The position numbers and the translations under genes are program-made. A stretch of 64,000 bases of DNA from Podospora anserina (lineage: Eukaryota): assembly GCA_017654855.1 (NCBI GenBank), contig CM030336.1, forward strand, positions 2,170,001-2,234,000, in the 5' to 3' direction. The notes under the pieces were generated by a model. That model saw only the letters and a list, made by a program, of their open reading frames with translations, made no database searches and had not been told where the DNA came from. This document shows, one piece after another, positions 48,243 through 63,189 of the stretch (its first letter is position 1; each line of letters begins with the position of its first letter).

Positions 48243-50739
48243 TTTGATAGAGTTGAGTGGGTGGAAAAGTTGAGAAAAAGTTGGTGTAGTTGGGCAAGGA
48301 CGAGAGACTCAAAGGTCTGGATGAGTTGGTTGATGGTAGAGCGGAAGTTTGCTGATGGAAAATGTAATGGATGGGAGAAGCAGAGTGCTGGTGGGGGATG
48401 TGTGAGTTAAGTAGTTTTCGCGTAGAGCGCCAGATCACGGATCACCCGCGCCTTTCACAGTGTTGATCGGGGCCAATGGGGCTAGTCCCAAAACAGGGCG
48501 TGGCAGCTGGTGTGGCACCCCAGGCTGCAAGGGTAAAAAAATCGGGCAGAACAACCACAAAGCCGGCAATTGGGTGGTTGCAGCGCAGCGACCAGCAAAA
48601 ACTGAATCAGGCTGCCCACAAAAAAAGGGCCACAGACCAGGATCGCTTGTCTCGATTTTGACGTTCCTGATTGTACAAATATCGCGCCATCCCCCGACCG
48701 CGTTCTGTCGCGCATCCTAACTGACTGCACTCCATGGTCCCTTTTTTTCTTCTCTCCTGCTACTGCGCGTCTTCGAAAAATGAAAAAACAGGGGCCATCC
48801 TCTGATTCGACACCGGCAAAATCAGAGCAATCACAACAATGCACAGCACTCGCAACCACAACCACCCTGCCCTCTTTGGTCATGGAGCTTGGCTGACTGA
48901 TTTACTCAGATCACTTGGACTCATCTGACCGCTCTGCCCCAGGCCGCCTCGACCCTCGACCCCCAGTACCTGAAGTTTATTGCAACTCAGTCTGGTCTCC
49001 CAGTCGACCTGACTTTGCAATCTGGGACAACTCATACTTGTCCACTTGGTTCTGGTTGGCTCTTGTCGTTCCTGTTGTTTGTTTGGCTTTTTGTGCCATT
49101 TTTGTCCATCAAAATTGACCGAGCGTGTGGGTTTCGCTCATCCGAGCCTTTTTTTTTTATAGGACTCTCTGGTCTGTCTACCTTGTGTGTTGAAGCATGG
49201 TTCATTCTGGAATGGACTGGTTGGGTTTGCTTGGCATGTTGGGTTTTTTTTGGTCAACCCAGGCTGACAAGTCCATCATGAGTTATCCTTGGACTGGGCA
49301 GATGTATGCTCTTTTTACGTCCTCAAGGAGGTACAGTACTGGTATAAACTCGCATTTTAGGTCGATTTGACCTGGACTCTTTAAGATTGGGGCTTGGTTT
49401 TTGGGTTCAGGGAACCTGAAGGGTCCAAAAAGGCTGCTTGACCCTTTTTGAACACAGGTAGGTGCTCTTGGAGCCTCATACACATTCACATGTGGGTTTT
49501 CGTGCCATATTGGGTCAGGATTGGGCCCAAAAGTAGATATAGCCTCACCAGTCAAGCTTTTGCCCCATGATACCCCAGATCCCCCAGATCTCCGGATCGT
49601 GTGAAACCCCATCCGGGCAGGGCATCCGCTCTCTCGGGCCGAGCTGCGTGACAGATCTAGAACCCTTCAGGCTCGTCTTCTCTCCCATGCGGCCCTTCCC
49701 GCAGCTGCCAACACTGGGTCAAAGTCCATCTGCATCCGCAATTGTCATGTGTCATCAGGGTGAGAGTGGCTCTTCCCCAGGTCTTGGAAGCGAACGGAGA
49801 TGGCAGTTGAGCAGGACAGAGCCAATCAAGGCCGGCCTCGGATGGCATGGAGTTCTGTAAGGCTGGAGGGTGTTGACACACACCTAAGTGTGCCTGCTAA
49901 AGCAGCTCCCCTGAGGAGCCGAGGAGGCTCCATCAGTCCATCCCATGTGTCACTGTGTCAATGTATCAGGGCATAATCCACCTAGCTTTCACATCTCTAT
50001 CCTTGGTGGAACGCCGGACACGTTCTCCGTCGATTATCATGGAATACACAGGCAGATTTACACATCCCAGGAGAACCAAGGTGAACGGACCCTGATTCCT
50101 GGCCGCTGTGGCCGGGATTCTGAGAGTCGAGGTTTAGTGGAGAGGCAGATACAGAAAGAACGAAAGAGAGAAAGAAACCCGAACGACACGCCGGGTTGCG
50201 AATGGCTGGCGCATGAGCTGTCGTCGAGGCTTACATCAGGCCTGGCCCGCCTTGCACCACAACTGAGATTCCACGACCAAGTTCCGACAGGGTTGCCCTG
50301 CTGGGCGGGGCCCTGATTTCCCAGCAAAGCTCGAGAAAAAAATACCAGCCGCAGATCTGGAGTGTGCATTATTATTTCTGGTCGGGTGCTGCTATGCCCC
50401 ATTCGGAGCCTCAGGAGCGTGTTGTGGCGCTTGGACCACCGCGTCACCTTGCAACTTTGGACTGGGGCTGCCTTCCTTTGTGCCTTATTTTTTTGCCAAA
50501 TCAAGCGGCATGTCCCCACCTTTCGGCGCGGTACTCAAATCAATCAGTCAATCAGCACCACGGCACTCGCATGTCGCGTCAGCTACAAAAGGCCCATCCC
50601 CCCTCGCCGGCTGCATTTCTTCCTCCATCAACCAACTCTCCCACAAACTCTTCCACGCCCATCAAATCGCCAGATCCATCCAGAACTTCGGTTCACTTCG
50701 TCTTACTTACCCAACAACCCATCTTAAAAAAACGCCAAA

Positions 50740-51307
<568 letters not shown>

Positions 51308-51802
51308 GTGGTTCGATGATCTTGTCTTTTCTCTCTTTTTTTCTTTCTCAATAGGGCATAGGATTTGCTTTGGCATTTGGGAGTCATGATGAGGCTTGCG
51401 CCAGGGCACACAATCCTTGGGGTCTCTTAATGCAACGCGTCACGGATGGTCTGCTTTTTATGGGGGCAATGTTTTTTTATCGGTCAATTACGGGGTTTTT
51501 GCGGTTGTACACTACATACCTTGATATCAGGGTTTCGGGCGAAATGAAATCGTGCATATGAACAAACCCACCTGGTCTCCATCGGTAAATGTGACGATCG
51601 GTACTCTCTTGTTTGCACTTCTACCTCTCCATGTCTAGTTTCGTATTGGTCTATTGGAAATAATAGAACTCAACATCCAGACATCGCGGCACAGATAACT
51701 AAGACACGAACATGTTACGTATTTGGGACCTACATAATCCCTTTTGGACTATTCATGATGATGGTTTACGAAAAAAAAAAATCTCAAAACTCCCAACACA
51801 CA

Positions 51803-54043
51803 TCATGTACGACCAAGGCCAGCCTTCGACTTCTTGACGACCTGAGCGACGGGCTCCAAGATCCCCTTGTTCTCCAAGGCTCCCAAAGCCATGCCTTTGC
51901 TCCAGCCCATCTTCTCCAACATCGCGCGACCTTTATTTTCCTGGCCCAACTCAGGGGCAGAGGCGCCAACCACCTCTCCTTCTCGAAGTACCAGGGCTTT
52001 TACGCTCACATGTGCACTTCCTCTGAATCCATCCCGGGGAGTGTCGCCCCGTGGACCAGCTACGTCAGCACGGGGGAAGTACTTGCGCCCCACCCGGCGG
52101 GCGGCACCATCTACCTGGCGTGTCGCTTCTGTGATCTGGTGCGGTTTGAATGTGATGGTCCGCTTGCTCCGGTAGAGAACCGGCCGGCGTGTTGTGCCCT
52201 TTCCGGTAGACTGGGACTTGACATTGAATTTCAAGGCAAGCTGGTGGAGGACCATACGCCCATGTTTGTCGAGCGGGGGGAATTCGAGACTGTGTCACCG
52301 AGTTAGCCAACGTTTGTTCTAGCTCCGATGCCTCAAATGCCTTACCGCTCATCCGAGCTGATCAGAAAAGCCACCAACTCAGTTTTGAAGTCTTCCAGTC
52401 TAAGGCCCACTGGATACTTGACGCGCAAATCGTCGGGGCTGGCGTTCTTGTCAAGAAGACCCTGACCACGTAATGACTCACGGGCAAGCTTGCGCTCTTT
52501 CTTTCGTTCCCGATCGCGTGACCAATCCAACTTCAGTTTTGCCTCGATTTCAGAATCCGAAATGTTGAAGTTGGGTGGTTGTTTGGAGCGTCGCTTGCGG
52601 GGTACTGGCACAGTCCAGTCGGCAAGATCCAGATCATCAAATGCATCAGCAACGGAGCTGGCATTCGCAGATTTGGCGAACGATGAGGGTGTTGCCCTTT
52701 TCTGGCCTCCCTTCTTCGCCCCTCGCTTGCTTACTCCGAAAGACTCGGGTATCAAAACAAGCTCATCGCTCCCCAACCCAAGCTCTTCCTGCTTGGCAAG
52801 AAGTCGTGCAAGCCCCTCGTCATCCATATCGGCGTCCATATCGTCGTCTTCATCTGCCTCATCGTTCTCATCCCCGTCATCTTCGTCGGCATCACTAAGA
52901 CCAGAACCACTAGACTCAGCTTGTTGTTCGTCGCCTGACAAATCTTCAACCACTGGCATGTCATTCTCGTCACCGGAGCCGAGGTTGAGAGCGAAATTGT
53001 CACCCCCAAGATCCCGACGGTTGTTGAATGAACGTAGCTGGTCTGAAATAAAGTCATCCTCTGGGTTGGCACTCATGTTGGCGATATAATCTGCCAGAAT
53101 GGCGTCCTCTTCATCATCTTCGTCGGTTTTGGGAATCTTGGAAGCTTTTGAACGGCTGCGCTGGCGTCCTGCTCGTTTTTCGCGGGCTACAGGAATCACT
53201 TCGGGATCATCACGGAGGCTCGTTTCCTCTGCAGCTGTAGGTTTGGTCTTATCACCGGTCGGAGTTATGGCGGTTGTGGTATTGGTAGCAACGCCGTTAC
53301 GAACCACAAAGTTGCTTTGCGGAACTGTTTTGGCGTTACCTGCACGGCCTCTGAAGAGGATAACTTCCTCGCTGGAATCAGATTCGGCCAATGATGGCTT
53401 CCGGATGGGAACCAGGGGTGGCGGATGGACAGCACGGTGTTTGTCTCGGATAGCTTTATCTCCGCTAACGTCGAAGAAAAAGAGGTCTTGTGCCTGTTCT
53501 TGGGGAGTCTCGCTGGAGGGGTTGTCTTGAGACGTCGAGTTGGAAAGAACCATCTTGCCCTTGGCCGCTGAATCTAGCTCAACGAGAGTCGTCTTCTCTA
53601 TGACAGCCTCCGCGGATACGTTGAGGTTGACGTCTACGGTAGTGATGTCCATGTCGTCGGCCTTGCTCTCTGTAGCCTCGCCAGGGGGAACTTTGTCTTG
53701 CTCGATATCTTCAAGAAGTTTTAAAGGCTCGCTGTATCCAGCACTAACAAACGATACAGGCTTTTGTCGAAGTTTCACCGTACCGGAGGTCCAGGCTGAG
53801 TCAAGGTGGTGGGACTGAGTGTTCCTAACCTCATCCTTCAAAGAGAAGTCTGTTGGCGTTAGATGAGCTAAGTCCTGCAACCAAGCCAGGGCGGAATCTG
53901 GAAATCGTACCATTTGAGTGCGCGACACTCTGGAAAAACGTCGTTGAGGAAAAGGAACTGACATGGCCCTGGACTCCGGGGGTAGATCGAAGGTGAGCAG
54001 CGTTGGGGACTGCATATGGCCGCTTTCCCCTCTTTGGCGGCAT
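51803..54043 (-). CDS. SQS1-like R3H and G-patch domain protein
   Basis: Acidic low-complexity middle (EEVILFRGR, DAILADYIAN), R3H-like LHQLALKFNVKSQSTGKG, G-patch NKGRAMLEKMGWSKGMALG; introns. Confidence 0.85.
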
Positions 54044-54951
54044 AGTCGTCAAAAATATAAATCCTATCGTTTGAAGAAGCGGGAGAAGGGGATTCCGAAT
54101 TCAGCGAAAACCGGCAGGTAGTGCAATGCCGAATATTTTATGCGGACAACTCTGGTAGTAGAATGAATAAGCTGCGGTGGCGTAGACGAAATACCAGGGG
54201 TCGAAGTCGGTTCTTGGCGTGTTTTCTGGAAGTTTGGAACGAAAGTCCAAAGAGAGTAAAAATCTCCCAGCTTATCCAGTCACACGCCTTCCAGATAAAC
54301 TTGTGGCCTGGCAAGCGATGTCTGGGGATGGAGCAGTGCTGCCGTTGCCTCAGTGGCAGGAGGATGTCATGAAAGTCTAGCTTTGTATTACTCTTGGCAC
54401 GCAAAGAAGGTACACTGTTGGAATTGGGGGGTTAGGGTAACCGTAGACTGACCCAAAGGGCTTGGCGGTCGCCGGGTGTGCACTCGGCAGGCAGCCTTCG
54501 CCACAGCTGGCATCTGGTCGTTGTGGAGACCCCCGCGACTCATATGACATACCTCCCTCATGAGCTTGTCCTACCTCTCACCTCTCAAGATCAACCCAGC
54601 TTTCTTCCTTCCAGCCTTCTGGCCGTTCCAAAGTCAAATATTGCCGTGCTGCTCCCTGTGGTGCTCCGTCCCATATCGTTTCTTTCGCCAACTTCATCTG
54701 TTCTTTGCCTTTGGGCCATTGCTAGAGCTATCTTATCTCCTGCGCAGTGACACTGCATGCCCTTCTTTGTTAGCTCGCGCTACGGTGTAGCTGGTGTCCT
54801 CAAGAAGCTCACAGGATCCATCCGATCAGGAGGACAGGGCTTCTAGCAGGCCGGCATTAACTTCCACCTTGTTTTTGAACCACATTGAAAATTACTGCCG
54901 CGACCGTATTCTTTTCCGCTTCTCTGCTTTGTTATAGCTTCACCAAATCCG

Positions 54952-56657
54952 ATGAAGTCGACGCGCTCAGGCAGCAACAACTGGCAATCGGCCGTCTCGG
55001 GAACATCACCCAAGATCGCGACTGCGATGGAGGCAGCGATATCCGCCGGGGCCGAGGTCAGCCGTGTAGGCCGACGCATCTTGCAGAGAATCTGGGACCC
55101 AGAGCCTACCAATGATCGAAGCAACAATGAACCAGTGTGGTGTTTGGGTTGCTCATATCTCCTCGATACAAAAGAATACGGCACACCCCCTACGCTCACC
55201 ACCAGCACACCACCCGCAGATGCCACTCTTACCGCTATAGTACCCGAGCCTGGGGCAGGCGTGGAATCGGAGCCACGAAGAGCCACAGAGAAGGCGGGAG
55301 TGCCGGTGAATACATCGAATGCAAAAGCAGTTGCCCCAATCCCCGTTGCGGCTAGTGGTCAGCACCAGCTACAAGTGCCCGAAACACCTCCTCTCTCCGT
55401 TGCCAGCAGTTTTGATTCAGCTCTTGCGTACGAAGAGCCCGGTCAAGATGGCGGCTGGCCCCCGGCCTTTCTCGATGATTTCGAGTCCCGCATATGGATG
55501 ACATATCGTACCGGATTCGAAGTAATTCCTCGCTCGACCGACCCGAAAGCGGCCGCAGCCTTGTCCTTCACCATGCGATTCAAGACTTCTTTCGGGGACC
55601 AGACCGGCTTTTCATCAGATACGGGCTGGGGATGCATGATCAGGTCTGGGCAGAGCTTGTTGGCCAATGCAATGTTGATCAGCCGTGCAGGACGTGGTAA
55701 GGAATCTCCGGCCATGCTTGCTATTGTGTGTGTGAACTGTTGCTGATTTCGTCTCTCTTGTGCAGCTTGGAGACGAACGACGAACCCTGACATCGAACGC
55801 GAAATCGTGTGCCTATTCGCAGATGATCCTCGTGCTCCATATTCCATACAGAACTTTGTCAACCATGGTGCAGCTGCTTGTGGAAAGTACCCTGGAGAGT
55901 GGTTTGGCCCATCTGCGACGGCACGGTGCATCCAGTACGTGACCCTTCTCTGGATGGAAACTTGGCTCTAACAAACAACAGGGCTCTGGCCAAGAAGCAC
56001 GATAGCTCCCTGAGAGTCTACCTGACACGAGATCTTCCTGAAGTATACGAAGACAACTTCATGTCAACCGCGAACCCTGACGGCAACCACTTTCACCCGA
56101 CATTAATTCTGGTATCTACGAGGCTGGGGATTGACAAGATCAACCCAATCTACCATGAAGCGCTCATATCTACCTTACAATTGCCACAAGCCATTGGTAT
56201 TGCTGGGTAAGCAAGTCCTGATGCACCTTGCATATTCATGTTCTTTAGCCTCCGTCTAACACACTCCAGCGGACGCCCGTCATCATCCCACTACTTCATC
56301 GGTGCTCAGGGGCAATGGCTCTTTTACCTCGATCCCCATCACCCACGGCCAGCGCTTCCTTATCGAGAGAATCCGAACGACTATACCATAGAAGAATTGG
56401 ACTCCTGCCACACCCGACGATTGCGGCATCTCCACGTAGAAGACATGGACCCTAGCATGCTCATTGGCTTTCTCATCAAGGATGAGGATGATTGGGATCT
56501 GTGGAAGAGCTCTGTCAAGCATGTTCAGGGCAAGGCCATCATCAATGTCTCGCCTCATGACCCGGAGCACGGGATGGGTTTCGGTCGAGCTGGAGCGATT
56601 GATGAGGTGGAGACACTGAGTGACGAGGACGACACAGATACGGTGCTTGATTTATGA
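54952..56657 (+). CDS. ATG4: Autophagy cysteine protease Atg4
   Basis: SDTGWGCMIRSGQSLLANA (catalytic Cys), GKYPGEWFGPS, GRPSSSHYFIG, YLDPH; three introns. The start could alternatively be the MEAAISAG ATG. Confidence 0.96.
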
Positions 56658-56854
56658 CTTGTTTGAAGGTAATATTTTGGGATATGGCAACAAGTAGTTC
56701 TGGGGAAAGGGGCGTTGCCAACGCCGTGGTGTGCATGCCCAGCTTAGGGGTCTCTCAACAAAACCTTCTTCCCGCTATGATGTTTGAGAATCGAGGACAC
56801 TCTGCTCGATTAGATGATGCACAGCACTAGCTGATACACGCACCGGTATGGTGA

Positions 56855-58634
56855 TTATTTCTTTCTCTTCTGTTTTCCAGATTTACCAGGCGTGGCAGAG
56901 ACCGGAGCTGCATGGTTGAGTTCTTTGATGTGTTCGAAGAGCTTGTTCTTGCTTGGGAATGCCTCTTTACATACCACACATTGTAGCTGAAGCCCAGCAG
57001 TCAGCATCGAATATCATTATTGAGCTTTGCAATACACAGAAACCTACCGAATCCTGGATTTGTGACTCTGCCTGCCGAGCTGCTTTCTTTTCTCGCTTCA
57101 GTTTCGCCTTACCAACCTTTTTACCTGGCGCCGGTTCGCTGAGTGTGAGGTTGGCAACGCTCGCAGCTGTAGAATCTGCCAAGTCTCCGCTATCGTCTGC
57201 TTGTGGCTGTGACACCTTCTTGGTGGCTCCTGCCCCGTTGACAATGCGCTCTTCCACCGTGGAACGTGGTGCATACTCGTCATCTTCTGGACTCGACGAT
57301 GATTGTGTGCTCTGTTCTTGATCATCATCCTGCTCGACGGGCCCTTGCTTTTCTTCTCCGATCCTCCCGTCCTCAGAGGCCAGCGGTGCTGTGTTGGTCA
57401 TGTCCCTCTCTCTCTGGATGACTTGGGCGTCCTGCTCTGGCTGTGGAGACTGCGGCGTAGATGCCCCTGGTGAATCTTGAGGATTTAGATCGAAGTGCAT
57501 GTTTTCCTTTCTCATCTGTCTTTTCAACTGCTGTACTGCCTTGATATGTTTCTTGCTCTTTTCGTGAGCCTCGAACTGTTTCTCACTCCTAAACGTCTTG
57601 TTGCACACCACGCATTCGATCTCCTCAACCTCGGACTCTTCTTCCGACATGGAAAACTCGCCCTCGTAGTCTTGGCGTTCTTTCGGCTGCGCCCAGTCTG
57701 GCACCACGTACTCGGCCATCTTTTCCTGGTGCGCTGCTCGCGACCGGGCCGCCTGGGCTGCCGCGGAATTGCGAAGGACCTGCTGCCGTTCCGCCTCAGA
57801 CTGTGTGTTGGGAACATAACGGGGATCTCTTTTCTTGACAAACGCAACCAAAGAGAGGACCGCATCGTTGAATTCTCTGATGCCCTCATCGCGGAGCTTC
57901 TTGTTCTCCTTTTCCATCAAGCGACGGATCCTCCTGTCTGGTGCGTGCGCAAGATGGTGCACATCCTTCCACTGAAAGGATTTCCTCGTCGAGAAGCTTG
58001 ACCACACATTATAAAAAGACTTGCCCACGGTGTTGTAGTCGTCTTCCGCTTTGCCAAATGGTGGGTAGTGTGTGGGGGTGGTTCCGTCCCACTCGCAGGC
58101 TGCAGCTTCTTCTGCGGCAAGCTGTTCGAAGAAGACGTTCAATATCCCAAAGAAACCACGCGGGCTGTCATCCATCGGTACGCTGGAATTGAATCGACTC
58201 ATCAGTGCAAAGACAGCATTCGCCGAGGTGTGATTGCCGGGGTCCTGTCCGCCAGGCACACCCCCAGCCACTTCGTCATCACCCCTGAGGATAGCATCTC
58301 GATGCGAATCGTACCAAGCTCGTTCCTGGGGGTCCGATAGTATTTCGTATGCTGTTTGTAGCTCGGCAAACTTCCGCGTCGCGTTCTCGGTATCGTGGTA
58401 GTTGCGATCGGGATGCAGCTCCAACGCCTTTTTCTTGTAGGCCCTCCGAATTCTACATCCAAAAGGCCTCAAAGTCAGACTACATTCATCTTGTACGGGA
58501 GCAGGGAGTCTCTCTCACTCTTCGTCCGGCACCTGACGATCAACCCCTAGAACTTCATAATAGCATGTTTTCTGCTGGGTGACGGTGGTGGCCGCCTGAC
58601 TGGCACCCCGAGGTGTGGATTGGTCAGCTCCCAT
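56855..58634 (-). CDS. DnaJ-domain protein with C2H2 zinc fingers (Jjj1/DNAJC21-like)
   Basis: MGADQS...KTCYYEVLG, J-domain with HPD, CVVCNKTFRSEKQFEAHEKSKKH, terminal exon CVVCKEAFPSKNKLFEHIKELNH. Confidence 0.92.
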
Positions 58635-59455
58635 TCGTATAATAAAGGGTGTTTTGATAGTTGGGTGCTCAGGGTTCTACACGTCCGCTGAAGAAAGTGA
58701 TAACGAATCAAGAAGCATTTGCATGTTTCCATGCTCCTGGGAAGTAGGGGTCCGAGGGTCCTTCCAGAGACGCTTATGCTTGTCATGCTGCCAACATTTT
58801 AGTGGGGCCATGGCGGGGGCGGGGCTACTGTTGGAAATCTTGATGGAGACCATTCTGGTGGGCTGACCCATCACCACAAACCTACAGGGCCAAATGACGA
58901 CGAAATCCCGATTGGGAAAAGTGGCATGTGTCTCAATGCCCACCACAAAATAAGCGGTGCATCTAGACTTTTCACGGATACATGGCGAGGTCGGACGAGC
59001 GTTGAGGGGTTCAGGGTTCAGGGTTGTTTACGGGTTGAGAAAGGAGAGATGAACACGCTCGATTCCGTTTGATTCCTTCTTTTCGCTAGCTTGAACGCTC
59101 CGAACGTTTGGCCGCTGCTCAAAGGCGCCATTACAAACCTCTTGCTTGACAGACTGCAACCGCCACCCATTTTGTCACGTTAACCGTGGGGAATTGGCTA
59201 GGAGGGAGGCCAAGCAGCCACTACCAGGTGTCCTATCCTTGGCTTCCGCGCTTTGGCTGGGTCTGGCCGTCTGTCACCTCGTCTTGAACCACCTTCACCG
59301 AGAAGCAACATTACCTATAAATCCCCTCCCGCCCCATCTTGACCCGCGACTGCAAATTCGGCACCCTGAGAAGCATATCGAGCGCCTTGTCCCGCCATGC
59401 ACATGCCATCCTCGCAGTTACATTTTAAGCCAGCCAGGTCAGTGGTAACTTTACG

Positions 59456-61039
59456 ATGAAATTCGGCCACGCCTTCAAGGAGGCCTTGGAGGCTGAGACC
59501 TATCCAAGACACTGGGTAGACAAGGCGGTTCCCTATCGTCAGCTCAAAAAGATCCTTGGTAAGGTGCGGGAGGAGCTGATAAACAATGGCTACGATCCGG
59601 ACACGTTACAAAAGCTGGTAGCTGAGCGAAACGCCGAATACCGCCTAGAGTCGGACGACTCCCAGCTCCTGAGACCCAAACTGGTTGTGCGTCCAGCCAC
59701 TACAAGTGCTCAACCTCTGGATCAGAAAACAGAAGTCGACTCGCTGCCAGAATCACCAGTATCTCTATCTCCCACCTCTTCCGCCAGCACAGAACCTGGA
59801 CCATCGGCCTTGACACATGACTCTGCGCTCCCGTGTAGCCATCGCCAGCAACAAACCAGTGACGGCGAGTGGGTGGACGTCCCGTTGGATGCCGATGCTC
59901 GCTTTTTCAGTGTCCTCCAGCAGGATGTCAATGAGTTGGATACTCTCCAGGACAAGGAGCGGGTTGCCATGATCGAAAACATCCACGTGATTGGAAACGA
60001 GATCGCACAAGTAGCCAGACCGCGAAAACCAGTCATCGACTTCTCCCGGTCAGATCTGTATCGCTGGCGCGAGATTCTGGACCTCTACCTCTCGGCCGAG
60101 GTCTTCTTCTCCACCAACGAGGTTTCCGGCGGTGCTCGCAGTAGCGACAGAGCTCGCAAGCAACTCGTCTGGTTCCAAGAAGAGGTGGGCAAGCGCCAGC
60201 TGCCGCAGAAGTTCAAGATCAAGTCCAGCGCCGTCGCCTTCCAACACTTCCTCTCGTTGAATGCCACGCTGCTGCAGAACTTGCAGTTCCAGGAACTGAA
60301 TCAGACGGCCATAACAAAAATAATCAAAAGTAGGCTCTCGGAATGCTCAGGGTGCCACTCGTCCCATCTTCAAGCTGTCCACTAGACTAACCCGCTCCCC
60401 CTTTTGCTGTAGAATTCGACAAGAGAACGTCCCTGGGGGTGAAAAAGACTTTTCCAAAAGTCATGAACTCGGCACACTTCATCTCTGAGACCATATCCAA
60501 GGACATCTGCGCCCAGCTGTCTCGAGACGTCATCAGCCTTGTCCCACAAGTCGTGGATTACACGTGCATTGTCTGTAAGTGACGCATATGTTGTGCAGCC
60601 TAGCGGGTGGGCTGTGTCTCGGTGCTGAGGCCAGGAGAGAACCAATGTAATGTCTTCGATACTGACCTCCCTCTCTCTATCTCACACAGGCCTCTCCATA
60701 TGTTGGCTGCCCATCCGACTGGACTGCGACCATCTGTTTTGCATCCGGTGCATGATCAAGATGCAAAACAGGCAAAAGCGCTTCTGCCCGCTATGTCGAG
60801 CCGATGTGATTCAACGGGCCAACGAAAGTATGTTGTCTCTTTCAATCCCGCTGTTTCATGAATCCTGGTCGCTAACCTTCCACACAGCACATATCGATAT
60901 GGAGCTCGTTCGATACTTGGAAAGGTGGTTTCCAAAGGAGACCAAGGAGAAGCAGAGGAACAACGAGGACGAGCGGCGAAAGGAGCTCCTGGGCGATTTG
61001 TACGTGGAAGGTGCACAGCCGCCGTGTATCGTGATGTGA
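59456..61039 (+). CDS. SPX domain plus RING finger protein (putative E3 ligase)
   Basis: MKFGHAF start, YRQLKK and NQTAITKIIK/FDKRT SPX motifs. RING CIVC..PIRLDCDHLFCIRC...CPLCR across introns. Ends with a CaaX-like CIVM. Confidence 0.9.
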
Positions 61040-61211
61040 TCCCTGTGCAAGGGAAGCAAAAAAGGAAGGGATAATTTACCTAATGGAAGTTGTACATAAA
61101 GTCAGACACAGTGATACCTCAGCAGGAGTTTTGAGCGAATTAGGTATGGTAGCATTACGGGGGCTTTGGTTGATGTTGCTTTCAAATTCTATGCGTTCTA
61201 CACGGAACTGC

Positions 61212-63189
61212 CTATTGCGAGCCGTGCTCTGCTACATGCAATGCAGCTTCAAACACCTTTACAATATCAGCAGTGTCCTCCAACCCGACGCTGATGCGGA
61301 TCAGATCAGGGTCAACACCAAATTGCGACGCCCATTCCAACTCTTGATAGTGAGCCAAAAGCACATAGGGGGATGTCAACGTGAAGTTGGTTCCCAGGCT
61401 TGGCCCCTTGGCTGTGTCAACAGCATCATAAAATGCAACAGCCTGCTCCTTGCGGTGGAACACGACCGAGATCAACCCGCCGTACCCTCCACCAGGAACC
61501 TTGCAGGCTTCGTAGTTGGCGCTGGACTCGTTATCACGCGGGTAAAAGACCGCCTTGATGAGCTTGTTCTCACGAAACACATCACAGATGGCCTCAGCGT
61601 TGGCGTTGATCCGTTCAATCCGAGACGCAAAGTCCCGGCTATTTCGCTCCATGAACATGACATCCTCGGGCCAGTATGTGTCCTCGTACCCCGTGCGGGC
61701 AAAGTCTTTTAACGCAGAGTAGTATCGACTGTTTGGGTTAAAGATGGCACTGCCTCCCATGACGTTGCAGTCACCCGAGAAGATCTTGGTCAAGCTAGAG
61801 ACGACGATATCGGCGAAGGGGAGAACGTTGATGTTGGCAAAGGTCCCGATTGTTTCGTCCACCACGACGGCAAAGTCGTACTTGTCGGCCATCTCGCGGA
61901 TGCGGGCAAGATTGGGGCAAGTGAGGAGCGGATTGCCCGGGAATTCACAAAAGAGCCCCAGGAAGCGCTCGCCTGCTTTCAGCCGAGCTTCGAGGTCGTC
62001 AAGGTCGGCCTCGGACGCATTGCCGTAGAAGACGCATCCAGGGCCAAACTTCTCAAGAATCTTGAGGGTGTCAACATAAGGGAACCCGAAGTTGACCGAC
62101 TTGAGACCTCCACGCGCTCCAAGAAGGGCACGGTGAGCGTTAAAGATGGCGTTCATGCCGGCTGGGAAAAGATAGATGTCATCCTCGCGGAGGTTGACAA
62201 CACCACGGGTATTGGATTCCATCTCCTTTTCGGGCACCGGGCTAGCTGTTAGTTCACGATCGCTTCTGAGCGCCCCGGCAATTCGCCGTTTGATGGCCGA
62301 TTTGGCGGGCTCAACAAAAGAAACATCCAGGTTCCGACCGAAGCGCTCCTCCAAGAATCGCGACGTCTCCTCTCTGTCAGGGACGGTTGTTGACGTTTGG
62401 GATGTGGTTGATGGCTTTCCTGCGTCGAGAGAGCCCCCTCGTTGGTAACGCTTTGGTCCTCTGCATGGCTTTGGGCTCATGGGCGCGGCCGTGTTCTTGG
62501 GGGGTTCATCCACACGCAACAGACCATCCTTGAAGAGACTGTGACAGAACTCTGCCCTGCGGCTAGAGACACCATCGCCCGTGTGCTGCCAATACTGCTT
62601 CAGAAAACTGAAACCCTCGGGAGAGCAGATGACGGCCGAGATAGAGGGAGATAGCCCACGAAGAGCCTTGGACTGCGGGTTTGCCGGGTCAAGAACCAGA
62701 TGCAGAACTTCAAGAGATGACACGATGGCAGGAGGAGCGCGTAATTTGACAAAGCTCACACACCGGGCAGCAACCTGACGAGTTGGGAACAGAAAAGCAA
62801 CCAGCCCTTTCCGCCCAGTTTTCTCCAGAATGTCTTTGGCAAAAGCTTGGATGCTCCTGTGGATGAAAAAGCTGGAGAATAGATTGCCGTTTTAGTATCA
62901 TGGCACATGATCAAGACCTTTGAAAATGAATGGTGCGAGCAGAAAAGATGAAGCAAGTGACATACCGAGGATAACCAGTGGTCATACTGCCAACAACCCA
63001 GTCCTCTCCTTCTTCATAACCAACATTTGCTCTCCACGTTGGTAGTGACACGCTCACCGCCTAAGCAATCATCGAGATGTTGTGGTTAGCCACCAAGACC
63101 GAACATGTTTAAACAGTAAGAGTGACCATAAAGTTGCTTACATGCTCCGTGTGCGGCGGGATAGACTCGCCGAGGTTGAAGGCGGGCAT
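61212..63189 (-). CDS. Cystathionine gamma-synthase (Str2/met-7-like, PLP-dependent)
   Basis: [16 protein letters not shown] / [18 protein letters not shown] / FFIH..., [20 protein letters not shown] (PLP lysine), [12 protein letters not shown]. Confidence 0.93.

Noticed and set aside
48243-50739. 2.5-kb H2A-H2B intergenic region with several short ORFs
   Set aside because: Divergent histone pairs with kilobase spacers are normal in filamentous ascomycetes, and the ORFs have no recognisable protein features.
59000-59030. ttcagggttcagggtt telomere-like repeat
   Set aside because: Only two imperfect units in a promoter region; expected by chance.
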